Of a DNA stretch of 64,000 nt, positions 63,242-64,000 are shown piece by piece (the stretch's first letter is position 1; each line of letters begins with the position of its first letter). Position numbers and translations under genes: made by a program. Below the pieces are notes generated by a model. The model saw only the letters and a list, made by a program, of their open reading frames with translations, was not told the origin of the DNA and did not search any database. Location: positions 68,999-132,998 of IMG/VR virus record IMGVR_UViG_3300006033_000016; one strand, written 5' to 3'. The DNA is from a virus.

Positions 63242-63251
63242 TGAAAATACC

Positions 63252-63998
63252 TTAGGTGGCCAAGAGACCACCATTAAATCTGGAATACAGGTCTGTTTGA
63301 ACCTCTAGATAAGTAAGTCTCAGCCAATAAGGTTTAGCGAGAGCAGAGCTACTGGCCCACACGTTTCTTCCAGAAACTTTTGCTATTGTTACGTGAGATA
63401 TGAAAGCAACGGTTTGAAGTCCTCTTATCTCCCAGCTTCCCATGTCAACTGTAGCCCCTGGATTACCAGGGGAATCAAATAAAACATGTATTTTCTGTAT
63501 GGGGTCGGATCCAACAGGAAAGTCTATGTTCACAGTAGTGGTAACGCCTGCAGGAAGAAATACACCCCCACGAGGAGGTGGAGGTGGTGCAGGTGCTCCC
63601 GGAGCCCTGAGCGTGAAGGGAGAGAGCAGAGGATTAGGGTCTAGGTGCACCACCATGTAAGTGTCATGCTCAGGAGTCACCTGAACTCTCCAGCCTTCAA
63701 ATCCGTCGATAGGCGCTAGTTCAGGAACGCAGCTATAGTGAAGGTGAAACTTCCCATCAGAGTTGCACACCGCAACAAAGGAAGAGGTGGATCTTCGAAA
63801 GTTTAGCCTTCCTTGAGACAGGTCCCAAAAAAGAAAAGAATCAGAAGGTATAGCAAGGTTGTATACCAGATAGTTTTTACTAGCCTCTTGTCGCAAGATT
63901 TCAGAACCCGAGGCAGTATGAAGTCGCACTACGTCCAACTCCTCCACGTCCAAATCTTCAAAAAAAGATCCAGAAATTCTATCGTATAAAAAAGGTCC
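63252..63998 (-). CDS. Putative structural protein, 5' end beyond the window
   Basis: Frame stays open from 63953 to the window edge (GPFLYDRISGSFFEDLDV...). Confidence 0.65.
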   Translation of the reverse strand, partial: GPFLYDRISGSFFEDLDVEELDVVRLHTASGSEILRQEASKNYLVYNLAIPSDSFLFWDLSQGRLNFRRSTSSFVAVCNSDGKFHLHYSCVPELAPIDGFEGWRVQVTPEHDTYMVVHLDPNPLLSPFTLRAPGAPAPPPPPRGGVFLPAGVTTTVNIDFPVGSDPIQKIHVLFDSPGNPGATVDMGSWEIRGLQTVAFISHVTIAKVSGRNVWASSSALAKPYWLRLTYLEVQTDLYSRFNGGLLAT

Positions 63999-64000
63999 TA

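Noticed and set aside
374-63660. All plus-strand ORFs (e.g. 28254-28748, 32245-32922)
   Set aside because: Antisense shadows of well-supported minus-strand genes, with no recognisable motifs.
1-64000. Stop-codon recoding (alternative genetic code)
   Set aside because: Conserved genes are full length in code 11, all three stops end genes, and no suppressor tRNA is seen.

Overview
A 64-kb segment of a large, apparently lytic, contractile-tailed dsDNA bacteriophage (jumbo-phage-like). Every credible gene is on the minus strand, ORFs are intact in the standard code, and no integrase is present. Main contents: (i) an RNA/tRNA region (1-13.4 kb) with 4 complete tRNAs (Arg-ACG, Lys-TTT, Pro-TGG, Glu-TTC), several HNH endonucleases, an HNH-RNA-ligase fusion, an RlaP-like nucleotidyltransferase, and vWA and HD proteins; (ii) replication/recombination genes (SbcC-like ATPase, DnaX-like clamp loader, a sigma-like protein, MoxR+vWA, type IIA topoisomerase subunits, dNMP kinase, family A DNA polymerase with an N-terminal UDG domain, SNF2 helicase, intein-containing DNA methyltransferase); (iii) tail genes (sheath, tube, -1 frameshifted chaperone pair, tape measure, baseplate-like proteins). 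The most unusual items are a ~350-nt structured non-coding RNA with two tandem circularly permuted tRNA-like modules directly downstream of a conserved hypothetical gene (14-1150), a tRNA-Pro gene split into 5' and 3' pieces that enclose an HNH gene plus a second intact tRNA-Pro (11876-12479), and a six-copy 16-bp motif that is a probable phage promoter. All calls come from reading the sequence and recognising motifs; no database searches were run.
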